Shown one piece after another: positions 16,955 through 27,530 of a stretch of 64,000 bases of DNA. This DNA is from a virus (taxonomy: Duplodnaviria; Caudoviricetes). The notes under the pieces were generated by a model, which saw only the letters and a program-made list of their open reading frames with translations, made no database searches and was not told the origin of the DNA. The position numbers and the translations under genes are program-made. Where the stretch lies: positions 58,745 through 122,744 of IMG/VR virus record IMGVR_UViG_3300037492_000170. One strand, written 5' to 3'. How positions within the stretch are numbered: position 1 is the stretch's first letter; every line of letters begins with the position of its first letter.

Positions 16955-17932
16955 CTATTCTAGACAAACCTTCCCTAAACCTAAATCCCATAAATCCATC
17001 TTCAAATGTGCAATTTTAGGATTTGTAAATATTCTATCCCTGTATTGCTTACGCACACTCTCTCCATAATCTGGGAACTCTTGGCTGGCACAATTCCTAC
17101 CCTGCGCGAGCACGTTCCCTATCATAAACCATCGAAGCATCTCATTGTCTTTCTCAACTTCAGGTGGAATCATATCATAATAACTCACACCAATATCTGT
17201 TAAGAAACGCATCGCTGCCAATACTGCATTAGCATTATTACTGTGCTCTTCCCCAAGTCCAATCAAGTGTAGTAACTCCAGATATTTACGTTTGTCCAAC
17301 ACAGCCAGACTATGGAATATAGTGTAAACCGTTCCCAGCTTATGGACCAAATGAGGAGAACGAAACATATCAGCAACATCAAAGACTAGTGCATCCGCTG
17401 AAATATCACTTATGCTTGTTTTATCCCAAGGTAAATTCCAATCATTCATAATCATGTAATAAAGCAACTCTAATAATTGCCTTACATCTCCATCTGGTAG
17501 AAACTTCTTTCGGTCACACGAGTAATTGAGAACAAAATAATACTGATGATTCTCTGTGTCATGTTCCACATAATCAAGCACTCTCACGCCGGACCCCTCA
17601 AAGTCCTTTGAGTTCTTTATGAGTTTCAACTCTTTTGGTCCACACGTCCCTATAAAATCAGAGAAGTAGGGTTGGTACCTATACTGGAATATACCAGTTT
17701 TCCCCGCAAACCTCGGGTCTTGTGTATTATAACCGCAATAGAAAACATCGGATTTACTGGTCACTCCCGGATACCCTATATCCATTGTAAGATGGTTAGA
17801 ATAAGGAACACCCACACCCTTATAATAACTACTACCGTTTTTGCACACCCTACCACCTACAAAGGTTAAGTCAACAGGAATAGAGAAGGTTCTTACTTCT
17901 TCACCGAGGTTATTATAAACGGGTATCTTCAC
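16955..17932 (-). CDS. Hypothetical protein
   Basis: 325-aa ORF, GTG start directly after the upstream stop. Confidence 0.7.
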   Translation of the reverse strand: MKIPVYNNLGEEVRTFSIPVDLTFVGGRVCKNGSSYYKGVGVPYSNHLTMDIGYPGVTSKSDVFYCGYNTQDPRFAGKTGIFQYRYQPYFSDFIGTCGPKELKLIKNSKDFEGSGVRVLDYVEHDTENHQYYFVLNYSCDRKKFLPDGDVRQLLELLYYMIMNDWNLPWDKTSISDISADALVFDVADMFRSPHLVHKLGTVYTIFHSLAVLDKRKYLELLHLIGLGEEHSNNANAVLAAMRFLTDIGVSYYDMIPPEVEKDNEMLRWFMIGNVLAQGRNCASQEFPDYGESVRKQYRDRIFTNPKIAHLKMDLWDLGLGKVCLE

Positions 17933-18109
17933 TTATGCGCCCTCTAGCTTAACTAATCTATCCAACACATCCGTAAGGGTCTCTTTTAAAACAGCGTTCT
18001 CCTTCTTCACAAGCTTCAATTGCTTAACGATGGGGTTGGGGTAAGGCTTCAACCAACCATCGCTGGATCTAAAATACCCGGAAGGGGGTGTATCATAAAT
18101 ATCCTTCAT
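17933..18109 (-). CDS. Small coiled-coil protein (58 aa), not in the ORF track
   Basis: Hand translation MKDIYDTPPSGYFRSSDGWLKPYPNPIVKQLKLVKKENAVLKETLTDVLDRLVKLEGA; fills the gap almost exactly. Confidence 0.65.
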   Translation of the reverse strand: MKDIYDTPPSGYFRSSDGWLKPYPNPIVKQLKLVKKENAVLKETLTDVLDRLVKLEGA

Positions 18110-18111
18110 CT

Positions 18112-21100
18112 CTAAATCCTACTACAAATAAAAGCCGGGTTCATAACCCTCGGAGTTCTGGCTCTATTTGAAGTCTCGAAATAAATCAATGGTCTCATCT
18201 GTTCAAACTCTGTAAGTGTGATTGTACCACCAGTACCGTATGTACCATTCCCTGCTATATCAACCCCAGTTGTAGGATTGGTTAACTCAAAAGTATCGTC
18301 AGTGACATTCTTAATTCGAAAGGTCCCATTTGCATTAGTATTAACAGTGACACCGCTAATATCTACAACAGCACCCTCTTTGAACCCATGTTCTTCAGAT
18401 GTTATCTCTATCACGGATGCATTAGTAGCACCAGTAACGGTAGCCTCGTCGGGAGTCTCAAACTCATATCTATAAAATGGGTCTGTGGTGATTTCTGGAA
18501 TATATCCAGCTTTAGCACCAATCTCTACAAAAGTTACCCCATCATCTACAGAGTATTTAGGAGTAATCGAGGTGACTCCCTCTCCATTAGACCCATCTGC
18601 GTAGACTTCCATAAAAGCTGCTATCTTATTTGGATACTCCAGCGCATCTGAAAAGAAGGAATTTCTGCCTACATAATTGGCGCTGACATCATGAAGCATA
18701 AACACAATACCAGCAACCTTGCTTATTATCTGGTAATTTCCACCCAAACTAGTGACATCAATCCTAAGTTGAACCTTATCGTAAACGGCTTCCAAGTCTA
18801 CGTCGATATTGGGGTTATATGCTTCCCACGAATCCTCGAAGTCATCACCAGTTAGAGCTACTCGATAACTCCAAATAACATGTGTTCCTGGATAAATAAA
18901 TTCTGTAACTGCTGTCACAAACCTCGATGCTTCTAATCCGGTAAGCCCATCGAAAACTATACTACAATTCTCCTCGAAGTTAGACCTGTAGAGTTTGTAC
19001 TTTATATCCTTCTTAGACATTGCTTCCCAAGTGGTATTATTAGCCGCGTGGAACATTACCCCAGAAGCTGGTTGAGTTGTGATACGCGCACCAGTTATAT
19101 AATCGAGCTGTCCTATTTCTTCACAAAACAATTCGTACCCAGTGTTATTACCACTTGGCATAATAACAAAGCAATACTCATTATTTGCTTGATACCCCAA
19201 GACATTGCTAAATGTGAATATCGTCTCTACTGAACTATTAGCAGATATGGAAACCTCTGATGGAGCTAATGTCTTTGAGGCATAAACATAAGGCCCCGGA
19301 TACCCATTAATCATATTCCTAATCTGAACAGTAATCCCCTGTGTTGCATGTTTTGTCTGGAAATAAAGCCCCACCGCTGAAACATAGGTAAGCTCTGCGG
19401 GAACAAAGAAAGATTGTGCTAATGGGTCAAAAGTATTGTTAAAAGGAGTTATTGTAGTAACTGACCTAGTATCATCAACACATGCTTGCCTTAATATTGG
19501 AACATCATAACCAACAGTAGTGCCTTGTGAAGACGCAGTAAAACCAGAAGTGTAAAAAATGGTTTGCGCTGAAGATATATCATGTGAGGCATAATAGAAT
19601 ACATCAACGGCAATCTTACCTACTTGCACACCAGCGGGGACCTGGAACGTAGCCGTTAGATTACCATCATTACTGGTTCTGGCTGTAGACTTCGTTTTAT
19701 AAGTATTTGAACCTGCACTACCATGCTTATTCACTGGCGTGGCATCATAAACTAAGTTTACAGGAACACCACCAAAAGTGCAGGCATGGTCAATATTAGG
19801 CATTAGGCCAGTTATGCTAACCTTTATCATAAACGGAGAGCCGTCTGCGTTTGTGGTCCGAGCCCTGCCCATGATAGAAATATCAACTATACGATTTCCT
19901 AAATCCATAGTTCTTGAGCCAGGAACCAATGAAGACTCTACTCCCTGCCTAGTTTCTGTTGTAGTAACATTAATTGTTCCAGCTATTTGACCATAACCAC
20001 CTAATCCGAATACCCCAGGAGCAGCCTGATAAAGGGTAATAAGAGTTTCTTGTGATACACCCGAAACTCCCCAACTACCCCAGTTTATGTGATTAAACAT
20101 CTCTGGGTCGGCAGCAAGTATGGATGCCCAATTATTATCCATTTCCACATTGAGCGCAGGCATCTGTGTCTTATCTATAAACGAATCTACAGGAGGGTCT
20201 AGCAACATAATCCCGTAGTAGTTCTCGTACATAAAGTCAGAGGCGCAATTCATTGTTATACTAGCATATGGCTGTGTCTGAATAACTTCAGGTTGGTAGT
20301 CCAGCATTATAGTATTATCTACTTCTCGAATACCATTGCTCTCAGCAACTGCTACTATCAACTCCTGCTCATCAGTTGTTGCTGGCAACAATAGCCATTT
20401 ATTGTGTCTATCTAATGCAGCCGAATATGTAATCCCACCTTTATCGAATGTAAGGTCCATCTTGTTGAAGCCGGTTAATGCATCTGTGAACAAGCCCTTA
20501 GTGTCCACTGCGGTAGGATGACCTGCTGCTTCTTTCTCAAGTGCGTTTATTGCGTTCCAATACTCTAACCTAACAATTCTATCTTCCAGATTTGCAATAC
20601 CATACTGAGTTGTACGCATGGAATCAACAGGAAGTATTGTAACATCACCTTTATCATATGTATAGGGTGGAACACAAACAACACCTATAGATAGAACCAT
20701 CGGTTGGTCTTGTGGAATAGGCGCGTACTTAGACGGAGTTCCCTCAATAATTGCAAACCTACTATTAGGATAAAGTACTACCTTATCTCGTCGAGGTAGG
20801 TAATATTCATAATCGAATACTGTAGACTGTCCGACTTCGGGCCAGATGCCTTCCGTCCTGAAATCTATGCAGTCCCTTAGATACCAGGTCTCATTGGGTG
20901 CCATTTCTATTTCTTCATATATATCATAGGAATCAGCACTCACATAATCACCCTCAGTACTATGATTCCAAAATTCGTATGTAACATAGTAAACAGCATT
21001 TGCTATAGGCTGCCCAGTTACGCCAGAATTTGGAGCGCCAGCAGCAGACCAATCTATCTCGGAATCCTCATGTATAAGCGCGGTAGAATTCTTTAAAAAC

Positions 21101-23382
21101 TCATAATCTGTATAATAAGTAACCGACTGAGCCGGAGTAGTTGTTACACGAAGAATTCTAACTACATCAGTCGAGTTTCCAGACAGCCCTACAACTGCCT
21201 CATCATTTATAACTTTTTTGATGAAAGTTGCATCAGTAAATGTAAACTTATCCTGTGTATAATCAGCACCTTTCGTGACCTTAGCATCAGTCACCCTTAC
21301 CAGTTCACGAATACCCTTTTCTGCGCTAATATTATAGGCATACTTGACATAATAAGTTGCACCGCTTCCTGGCTCGCTTCCTTGCACACCAGCAAAACTT
21401 ATTGAATTTCCATCCTTGACAAAATCAGAGGTCTCTTCATAATCCCACTTCCCGTCGTGACAATTTGCCGCTGTATCGGCTGCACCAATAATATCCACTA
21501 CTGTATCACTAACTAAAGCATCAATATGTGTCTGAGCATTATGTGTTACTGATTCAACAACCTCAGTTCTGTAAACCATGTCTGTAACAGTCTTAACATA
21601 GGCATCATTCACTTCATATATTCTGGTCCCTATTGGATAATTTACCCCTGTAGATAGACCAAGTATTGTATAAGCATCCGTTGCAACTGCACTTATTGTA
21701 AGCGTCTTCCCATCAATAGCTTGTATTTTTAGATAGCCGCCAGCGGCAGTACATTCTACCAAGTCCCCATCTGTTGCATATGCATTCATTACTGCTTCGA
21801 TTTGAGTTACAAGCTGCGCCGCTGTCTGTCCATTTCCAGAAAGAGTTACTGTATGAGCATTTCCAGAACCAACGGTTAACTTTATATTAAGCGTATCTAC
21901 AGCATAATTCTGCGGATTAGTGCAAATTACATAACCACCATCAGCACTAAAACTATCTGTACCACTTCCATTAATTGCTTTTACAGTTCGTGCTTTATTA
22001 ATTACACAGGTCTGCGTTGTATCAATTTGGACTTCGTGCCCATTGGGATATGCCTTACCAGAACCAATATTCAAGTATAACTTTGTGTCATCTGTATCAT
22101 GGTCAGTTATACTCAATGGGAAATTCTTAACTGTAAAGGAGCCAGAGACATCATAAGTTCGTCGGTCAATCATATCGTAGAGTTCAGAATATTCTGGGGG
22201 TATCCTTGTTTCTAATACCGCCCCGTCGTTAAACTCTGCAATCACAAGAAGATTGGTGTCCAATGTAGTCTCTATTGACCACTCGACCAATGATATTATC
22301 CTATCTGCACCAGGAAGATTGTACATCTCGGCTGGAATATTATCGTCTATATTTCGAAGTTTCACGTCATCAGTGTAATCCACCACATCAGTAGTCACAA
22401 CGATACCAGCATACTCTGTTCCTGTTCCACTGATTGTCAACGAGGTTGCCGGTACTGGTATATGCCTACCATCAAGATAAATCTTCCCCGCTGAGAAGCT
22501 CCATAACAAACTAGTAGTCTCAATAAATAATGCCTTATATGTGTACGAAGTAGTTCCGGGAGTGCCTTCAACTGTTGCAGTTATTGCATCAGGAACTGGA
22601 ACACTTCCCCCAACTACATCAACTGGAAGTGTGGAAAACGCTTGCCCTACATCATAAAACTCATTTACTGTCGCTTTGCACCAACCCAAATACTGATAAG
22701 TCCCAGATGAAAGTTTATAAAATCGAATAGAGCTGACTCCGGCGGGTATTGTATCAACCACCAACTTAATTCTATTAGTAGTGCTTAGTGTAGCGTGTCC
22801 AGTAGCAACAACTGTAGCAGTGCAAAATCCAGATACCTTGAAGATATGTTGTGGTTTACAACCCTCCATAATATCGCCGTTTTTATGATAAGCACTACCA
22901 AACTCAGCCATTGCTTCGGTATTCATTGCTTGCTGGTCAACAAGTTCCATTCTCTGAAGTGGTCTGTCCGTCCTATAACCAATGAATCTCCAGTCCTCCC
23001 GACCACTTGTATTCGTAGTAGCAGGAACCACTGAAGTTACAGCTTGCCCTTCGTCGTACAAAGCATTTACAGCCGCAGTACACTGACCAATATACTTAAA
23101 TACTCCGGTGGTACTTCTAAAGAAGTTTATATAACGAACACCTGCGGGAACCGACTCCACTTGTAGAAGTATCCTATTGGTACCATCGCAAGTAGCATTA
23201 CCGGTAGCTATAGAAGCAGTTGCACTAGCAGTAGTATCACCATTAATGGTAGTAAATGTTGCTTGATACTCATATGTAGTTGCTCCAGGAGTCCCTGAAA
23301 CTACAGGTGTCTTTAATACCGGAACTGCTAAATTAGGAAAGTATCTCAAGTTGTAAGCGTGCAAACTGTCTAAAATTGCCAT
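18112..23382 (-). CDS. Large baseplate/tail structural protein (DUF4815-like)
   Basis: LPGADR, RRTYDVSGSFTV, YYLPRRDK, LEDRIVRLEY, DPLAQSF motifs typical of large myovirus baseplate proteins. Confidence 0.75.
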   Translation of the reverse strand: MAILDSLHAYNLRYFPNLAVPVLKTPVVSGTPGATTYEYQATFTTINGDTTASATASIATGNATCDGTNRILLQVESVPAGVRYINFFRSTTGVFKYIGQCTAAVNALYDEGQAVTSVVPATTNTSGREDWRFIGYRTDRPLQRMELVDQQAMNTEAMAEFGSAYHKNGDIMEGCKPQHIFKVSGFCTATVVATGHATLSTTNRIKLVVDTIPAGVSSIRFYKLSSGTYQYLGWCKATVNEFYDVGQAFSTLPVDVVGGSVPVPDAITATVEGTPGTTSYTYKALFIETTSLLWSFSAGKIYLDGRHIPVPATSLTISGTGTEYAGIVVTTDVVDYTDDVKLRNIDDNIPAEMYNLPGADRIISLVEWSIETTLDTNLLVIAEFNDGAVLETRIPPEYSELYDMIDRRTYDVSGSFTVKNFPLSITDHDTDDTKLYLNIGSGKAYPNGHEVQIDTTQTCVINKARTVKAINGSGTDSFSADGGYVICTNPQNYAVDTLNIKLTVGSGNAHTVTLSGNGQTAAQLVTQIEAVMNAYATDGDLVECTAAGGYLKIQAIDGKTLTISAVATDAYTILGLSTGVNYPIGTRIYEVNDAYVKTVTDMVYRTEVVESVTHNAQTHIDALVSDTVVDIIGAADTAANCHDGKWDYEETSDFVKDGNSISFAGVQGSEPGSGATYYVKYAYNISAEKGIRELVRVTDAKVTKGADYTQDKFTFTDATFIKKVINDEAVVGLSGNSTDVVRILRVTTTPAQSVTYYTDYEFLKNSTALIHEDSEIDWSAAGAPNSGVTGQPIANAVYYVTYEFWNHSTEGDYVSADSYDIYEEIEMAPNETWYLRDCIDFRTEGIWPEVGQSTVFDYEYYLPRRDKVVLYPNSRFAIIEGTPSKYAPIPQDQPMVLSIGVVCVPPYTYDKGDVTILPVDSMRTTQYGIANLEDRIVRLEYWNAINALEKEAAGHPTAVDTKGLFTDALTGFNKMDLTFDKGGITYSAALDRHNKWLLLPATTDEQELIVAVAESNGIREVDNTIMLDYQPEVIQTQPYASITMNCASDFMYENYYGIMLLDPPVDSFIDKTQMPALNVEMDNNWASILAADPEMFNHINWGSWGVSGVSQETLITLYQAAPGVFGLGGYGQIAGTINVTTTETRQGVESSLVPGSRTMDLGNRIVDISIMGRARTTNADGSPFMIKVSITGLMPNIDHACTFGGVPVNLVYDATPVNKHGSAGSNTYKTKSTARTSNDGNLTATFQVPAGVQVGKIAVDVFYYASHDISSAQTIFYTSGFTASSQGTTVGYDVPILRQACVDDTRSVTTITPFNNTFDPLAQSFFVPAELTYVSAVGLYFQTKHATQGITVQIRNMINGYPGPYVYASKTLAPSEVSISANSSVETIFTFSNVLGYQANNEYCFVIMPSGNNTGYELFCEEIGQLDYITGARITTQPASGVMFHAANNTTWEAMSKKDIKYKLYRSNFEENCSIVFDGLTGLEASRFVTAVTEFIYPGTHVIWSYRVALTGDDFEDSWEAYNPNIDVDLEAVYDKVQLRIDVTSLGGNYQIISKVAGIVFMLHDVSANYVGRNSFFSDALEYPNKIAAFMEVYADGSNGEGVTSITPKYSVDDGVTFVEIGAKAGYIPEITTDPFYRYEFETPDEATVTGATNASVIEITSEEHGFKEGAVVDISGVTVNTNANGTFRIKNVTDDTFELTNPTTGVDIAGNGTYGTGGTITLTEFEQMRPLIYFETSNRARTPRVMNPAFICSRI

Positions 23383-23393
23383 ATTAATTCCTC

Positions 23394-23972
23394 TTAATAT
23401 TCATATGGTGTAAGAACACCGTACCCATCGTCAACGTAGATATACCACACCTCGCCCGCAGCGCGTGTTGGAAGAAAGTCTTCCAGAAAATTAGGAAGGT
23501 CTAGATCTGTATCAACAATTAGTTTTCTCGCACCTGGATGATAGAGATTAGCGCCCATCAAATAGGAAGATGCTCCGCCTGGGCATCCCTGAGAACCTGG
23601 AACAATAATCTGGCTCATCATGTCTACGCTGCTCCAAGTCTCTCCTCCATGCCGTTCCACTAAATCCGCTATCTCATTCCAAGTTCCTTTGAAAGAGTGC
23701 CTAGTAACCGCTACGCTCGTCTTGGCTCGATTCCACTCAGTCGTGTTAGAGGACCGAACATCAAAAACATGCCCTACAGCATCGCCTTTGTACTGAATGA
23801 ATCTGTCATCTGCTCTGTCTATATTCCTAGATGCAAGAAGTTCAATAACAAGATCAGATACTCTATCGAACTCAGTATCCCAGATACCAAGATACCTTTC
23901 AAGAATACCCTGGCTGTCTAGGCGTGCCCATATATGAGGTAAACGGTCGAATAAAGGGACTCTATTAGACAT
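23394..23972 (-). CDS. Baseplate wedge protein (P2 gpI-like)
   Basis: LFDRLP..W...LERYL...KGT; position after the gpJ-like gene. Confidence 0.65.
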   Translation of the reverse strand: MSNRVPLFDRLPHIWARLDSQGILERYLGIWDTEFDRVSDLVIELLASRNIDRADDRFIQYKGDAVGHVFDVRSSNTTEWNRAKTSVAVTRHSFKGTWNEIADLVERHGGETWSSVDMMSQIIVPGSQGCPGGASSYLMGANLYHPGARKLIVDTDLDLPNFLEDFLPTRAAGEVWYIYVDDGYGVLTPYEY

Positions 23973-25374
23973 ATGAAACGCTCACTGTTCCAAGCACTGG
24001 AACTGCCCCTATTACACCGGCGACATCAACAATAGGTGCAATAAAACTAAAGTAATCCACACCCGCAACTTTAGAAATAGTCTCAGTAAGTTCGAGTAAG
24101 GTTATTCCATCACCAACCTCTATCATACCTGGTAACAACGCCGCTGTCAATGCAGTAGTGATATAGGTAGATACGGTGTTTTCCGAATAACCCTTCCTTT
24201 TACCAACTCTTAAAGATATATCCAAAGGAGTTTCAGTCACATCACTGATAACGTACCTACCACTCCAATTTCCAAATGCTCCCCACTCGGCACAAGCATC
24301 TTCTATTGTAGTCTTGAGATTATTTGAGAGTGTCCCACCACCGGAAGGATATACATAAATGAAAATATAAAGGTAGGGCCAATCCGAACCACTATTCCTA
24401 TCTATAGCTTGGACAGATACTACACCAGTGATAGCAGATACCATTGCTTCATAATCAGCAACAGTCAAGCCCCTTCGTTGTGTACGCGCGAGTCTAGGTA
24501 TCCTACTACGTAAAGATTCTACGGATTCAATATCGCTCCCACCAGTAGCAGCAACAAGATTACTAACAGTCACAAGAAAATCCCGGTCAACACTTGTAAT
24601 AGTACCAATACCACAGTTACCTATTAAACCATCTGATTTTACATAAGTGATTGTAGCGGTAGTTGGGGGTGTCGCTGTACCATATATTCCATCACCCAAT
24701 GTTAAGAAACAGCAATTCTCCACACCCTCATAAGTATCCGCATTTAAATCTACTCTAAAGTGTGTATCGTCCGCTTGTGAATTAAAGAAAGTATCAACCC
24801 TTGTCCACTCCTGTTGTGTATTATCAATCATCTCTACAGTTGATTCAACAACCCCAACCCCTAAATTATAACGCATTCGCATACTTGAGTCTATACTATC
24901 AAAATCACTAGCAATTACAGATGCAGACTCATAGGTTCCTTGGAGTGCAGGTACTTGCACACTATTCTCATTAGTCTCAAGTATAGCTTCTTCAGTAATT
25001 GAATAAATCAAACCATCTGCCCGCGAAAATACACTCTCCTCTGGGATAACAATCCTAGCAGCAGTATCGCCCCTAGTTATAGTTAATGTAGTAGCAGCGG
25101 GGGATGTTAACATAGGTCTAATATCAACCATACTTCCTAAATCAATAAGGGACTGTAAAAACCGGGCAGTATTAATAAAACCTTCGATGAATGCCTCATC
25201 AATATAAAATCCCAGCATGTCGGTTTCGCGTGCTAACAAACGAATTAATGAAATTCCACCATCAGAATGATTCCTATCTGTAAGTTCAGGGACTTCTTCA
25301 GTAAGGATAGTAAGCAGCCGTTCAAAGTTTGATGTGTAGTCCCTTTGTGAAAAATTTGTATATATGTCAGCCAT
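23965..25374 (-). CDS. Baseplate wedge subunit (gpJ/T4 gp6-like)
   Basis: RDYTS...PELTD...TAR...LGDG.YG...ATGGSDIES...R.LTVADYE. Confidence 0.85.
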   Translation of the reverse strand: MADIYTNFSQRDYTSNFERLLTILTEEVPELTDRNHSDGGISLIRLLARETDMLGFYIDEAFIEGFINTARFLQSLIDLGSMVDIRPMLTSPAATTLTITRGDTAARIVIPEESVFSRADGLIYSITEEAILETNENSVQVPALQGTYESASVIASDFDSIDSSMRMRYNLGVGVVESTVEMIDNTQQEWTRVDTFFNSQADDTHFRVDLNADTYEGVENCCFLTLGDGIYGTATPPTTATITYVKSDGLIGNCGIGTITSVDRDFLVTVSNLVAATGGSDIESVESLRSRIPRLARTQRRGLTVADYEAMVSAITGVVSVQAIDRNSGSDWPYLYIFIYVYPSGGGTLSNNLKTTIEDACAEWGAFGNWSGRYVISDVTETPLDISLRVGKRKGYSENTVSTYITTALTAALLPGMIEVGDGITLLELTETISKVAGVDYFSFIAPIVDVAGVIGAVPVLGTVSVSYV

Positions 25375-26284
25375 TTACTATCTCCATCATGATACGTTGT
25401 TTAGATGGAATACGTAAGGAAGCACTAAGCGGGGGGTCTCCCAATGTATCCATATGCTCCCTATTTAGACCAGCAGCAGCAGAATCAGCAATATAATTCC
25501 TTGCAAGAACGTACCAATAGCGAATATCTCCATAAAATTTCCATGATAAAGACAGCCAGGTGTCCCCTCTAATTATTGTGTGGTAAGAGTCCCCAGATGA
25601 TAAACTCAGGTTCTTATAAGGCATTATTCTAGTATAAGGACTGCCGTCTCGCACACTTGTTGGACCTCCCTTATACCTACTCACATAATCATGCCCGGCC
25701 GCATCAATATTACCGGATGGATATTCCTGCAATCTAGAAACCCTATCTGTAACAAAAGGAGAGACAAGATTCCCCGGCACTTGTCTGGTAACAAAATCAA
25801 TAGTAACCCACATGGGAACTTCGCCTAAATCAGCTTGCCTTCCTGTAGTCTTCCACCTGACTCCGCTAAATCTACCATATTTATTACTATCCCCCTCATA
25901 CCCGATAGTATCAAACATATCCGGTATACGTGCTCGTTTTTCCCATCTTACTGTAGAGGTTTTGAAATACACTTCTGCTATCTGCCTAAATTCGTATGTG
26001 TTTGGTTCAAACAATATCATGAATATATAAGAACCGAACTCAGGAAGTGTATCATGCTCACCTGGTCTTGTCAAGAGTATATGTGCAATTGATTCCGCTA
26101 TATGATTTACATTAGGAGTAACAGTTTCTCGTATGGACCAACTATCTTGTAAGTATTCCAAAGCCACAGAAGTAGCATCAGTATTTCCTGCCGTAGTTAC
26201 AACTCCACCTGTAGATGGATTAAGTCTAAATGGAAACCCCAAACCCCGACCGTAAACTGGGAGTTCGGTTGTTTTTCTACTCAT
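25367..26284 (-). CDS. Baseplate gp25/gpW-like sheath initiator fused to a C-terminal LysM-like domain
   Basis: GRGLGFPFR...ILLTRPGE...PEFGS...FEPN...WEKR; C-terminal HTIIRGDTWLSLSWKFYGD.RYW...LRIPS. Confidence 0.75.
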   Translation of the reverse strand: MSRKTTELPVYGRGLGFPFRLNPSTGGVVTTAGNTDATSVALEYLQDSWSIRETVTPNVNHIAESIAHILLTRPGEHDTLPEFGSYIFMILFEPNTYEFRQIAEVYFKTSTVRWEKRARIPDMFDTIGYEGDSNKYGRFSGVRWKTTGRQADLGEVPMWVTIDFVTRQVPGNLVSPFVTDRVSRLQEYPSGNIDAAGHDYVSRYKGGPTSVRDGSPYTRIMPYKNLSLSSGDSYHTIIRGDTWLSLSWKFYGDIRYWYVLARNYIADSAAAGLNREHMDTLGDPPLSASLRIPSKQRIMMEIVNG

Positions 26285-27267
26285 GCGGTTGAAACCTCAC
26301 TAAATAATGATTCCTTAGATGCCTTTACTAACAGATCCGTTACAGGTTTTATCATACTTTCCTCAACAGGAAAGTATAAGTCTTCCTGAATAATAGTCTT
26401 GGTTGACTTCATATCCCCTGTCTTACCACGAAGTTTAAGCTGAAATTTATTTGCGCCGCTGCCGACAGAAAAAATAATTGAGCCCCCATCTTTAGACGAC
26501 ATGATTATTGATGGACCAGTGTTTGCATTTTTACTGTCAGCGCATCTAATTATCATACCGCTGCCATCTTCGGCATCTATCATTGTTATACCAGAACCAT
26601 TCTGCCCCAGTAACCGAACATACCCAGCCTTATCCTTAAAAATTTCGCCGGGGGCTTTTTGTGTCCCATCAGCCTGAGTGTCTGTATTTCGCGTATATAC
26701 TCCAGGTGGTCTGGGTTTAGTCTCCTCTCCCTCTTTCTGTGTCGGCTCCTTCCCCTTAATTCCACCATTAAAAACTAAACAACCGGAAGGACCTTGTATT
26801 ATAAGTTGCTCTTTATTAACAGTAGTTGTTATTGTCAGCCCAGATCCATCAGGTGTTTTGAGTTGATAAATATTATGACCTTGCTTCTTCTTTATAGCGT
26901 TTGCAGTCTCTTTAGGTAGTAATCCTACCTTGCTATCTTTAGACTCAGAAGATGGACCAGCGGGAAACACAATTTGGTTCATTGGGTCTCCGTCAATATT
27001 AACAAGAACACCCCTTTGCCTTGGAGACATGGGCCAGGATATACCAGTATCGCCTTTATTATGTGTGCCACCAATCGGCATACCACCTACTTCAACCCAA
27101 CTAGTATAGTTTTCCTTCCCAACTCCACTCTTAACAGGGCACTCAACTTGTACCCTATTATCCCCCTTGGGGTCTCCTTCTGTTTTACGAATAACACAAT
27201 CGCTAAAAGTGACAGCTTTTAGAATATTCCCAGCATCTGGATTAACTATTGTTGGTGTTTCCCACAT
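26281..27267 (-). CDS. Baseplate spike (gpV/gp5 OB-fold-like)
   Basis: DPKGDNRVQV.CP...TSW...G..WP...VLV..DGDP; beta-rich C-terminus. Confidence 0.7.
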   Translation of the reverse strand: MWETPTIVNPDAGNILKAVTFSDCVIRKTEGDPKGDNRVQVECPVKSGVGKENYTSWVEVGGMPIGGTHNKGDTGISWPMSPRQRGVLVNIDGDPMNQIVFPAGPSSESKDSKVGLLPKETANAIKKKQGHNIYQLKTPDGSGLTITTTVNKEQLIIQGPSGCLVFNGGIKGKEPTQKEGEETKPRPPGVYTRNTDTQADGTQKAPGEIFKDKAGYVRLLGQNGSGITMIDAEDGSGMIIRCADSKNANTGPSIIMSSKDGGSIIFSVGSGANKFQLKLRGKTGDMKSTKTIIQEDLYFPVEESMIKPVTDLLVKASKESLFSEVSTA

Positions 27268-27269
27268 TA

Positions 27270-27530
27270 TTATGTCCTATCCACCGATGCATTTGCGCCA
27301 TCCTTTTTTACCCCGCCACCTTTAGCCTTTTCAGCACCTCCCCGTGACTGAGTAGTTGACATGGTAAACTTTGCTGATACTATAGTGCTATCATCTTTAC
27401 CAAACGAAACTGTAGCCTGACTTCCAGCATCTAGGTCTCTGGGTCCAATATTAATGTCACCGCCCCCATATATATCAGAGTTAATAACTACCTTACCTTT
27501 ACCTTTTTTTGTTTTTTTAGCTTGTGTCAT
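27270..27530 (-). CDS. Small basic protein, possibly a detached part of the baseplate hub
   Basis: 86 aa, ATGA overlap with the hub gene. Confidence 0.55.
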   Translation of the reverse strand: MTQAKKTKKGKGKVVINSDIYGGGDINIGPRDLDAGSQATVSFGKDDSTIVSAKFTMSTTQSRGGAEKAKGGGVKKDGANASVDRT

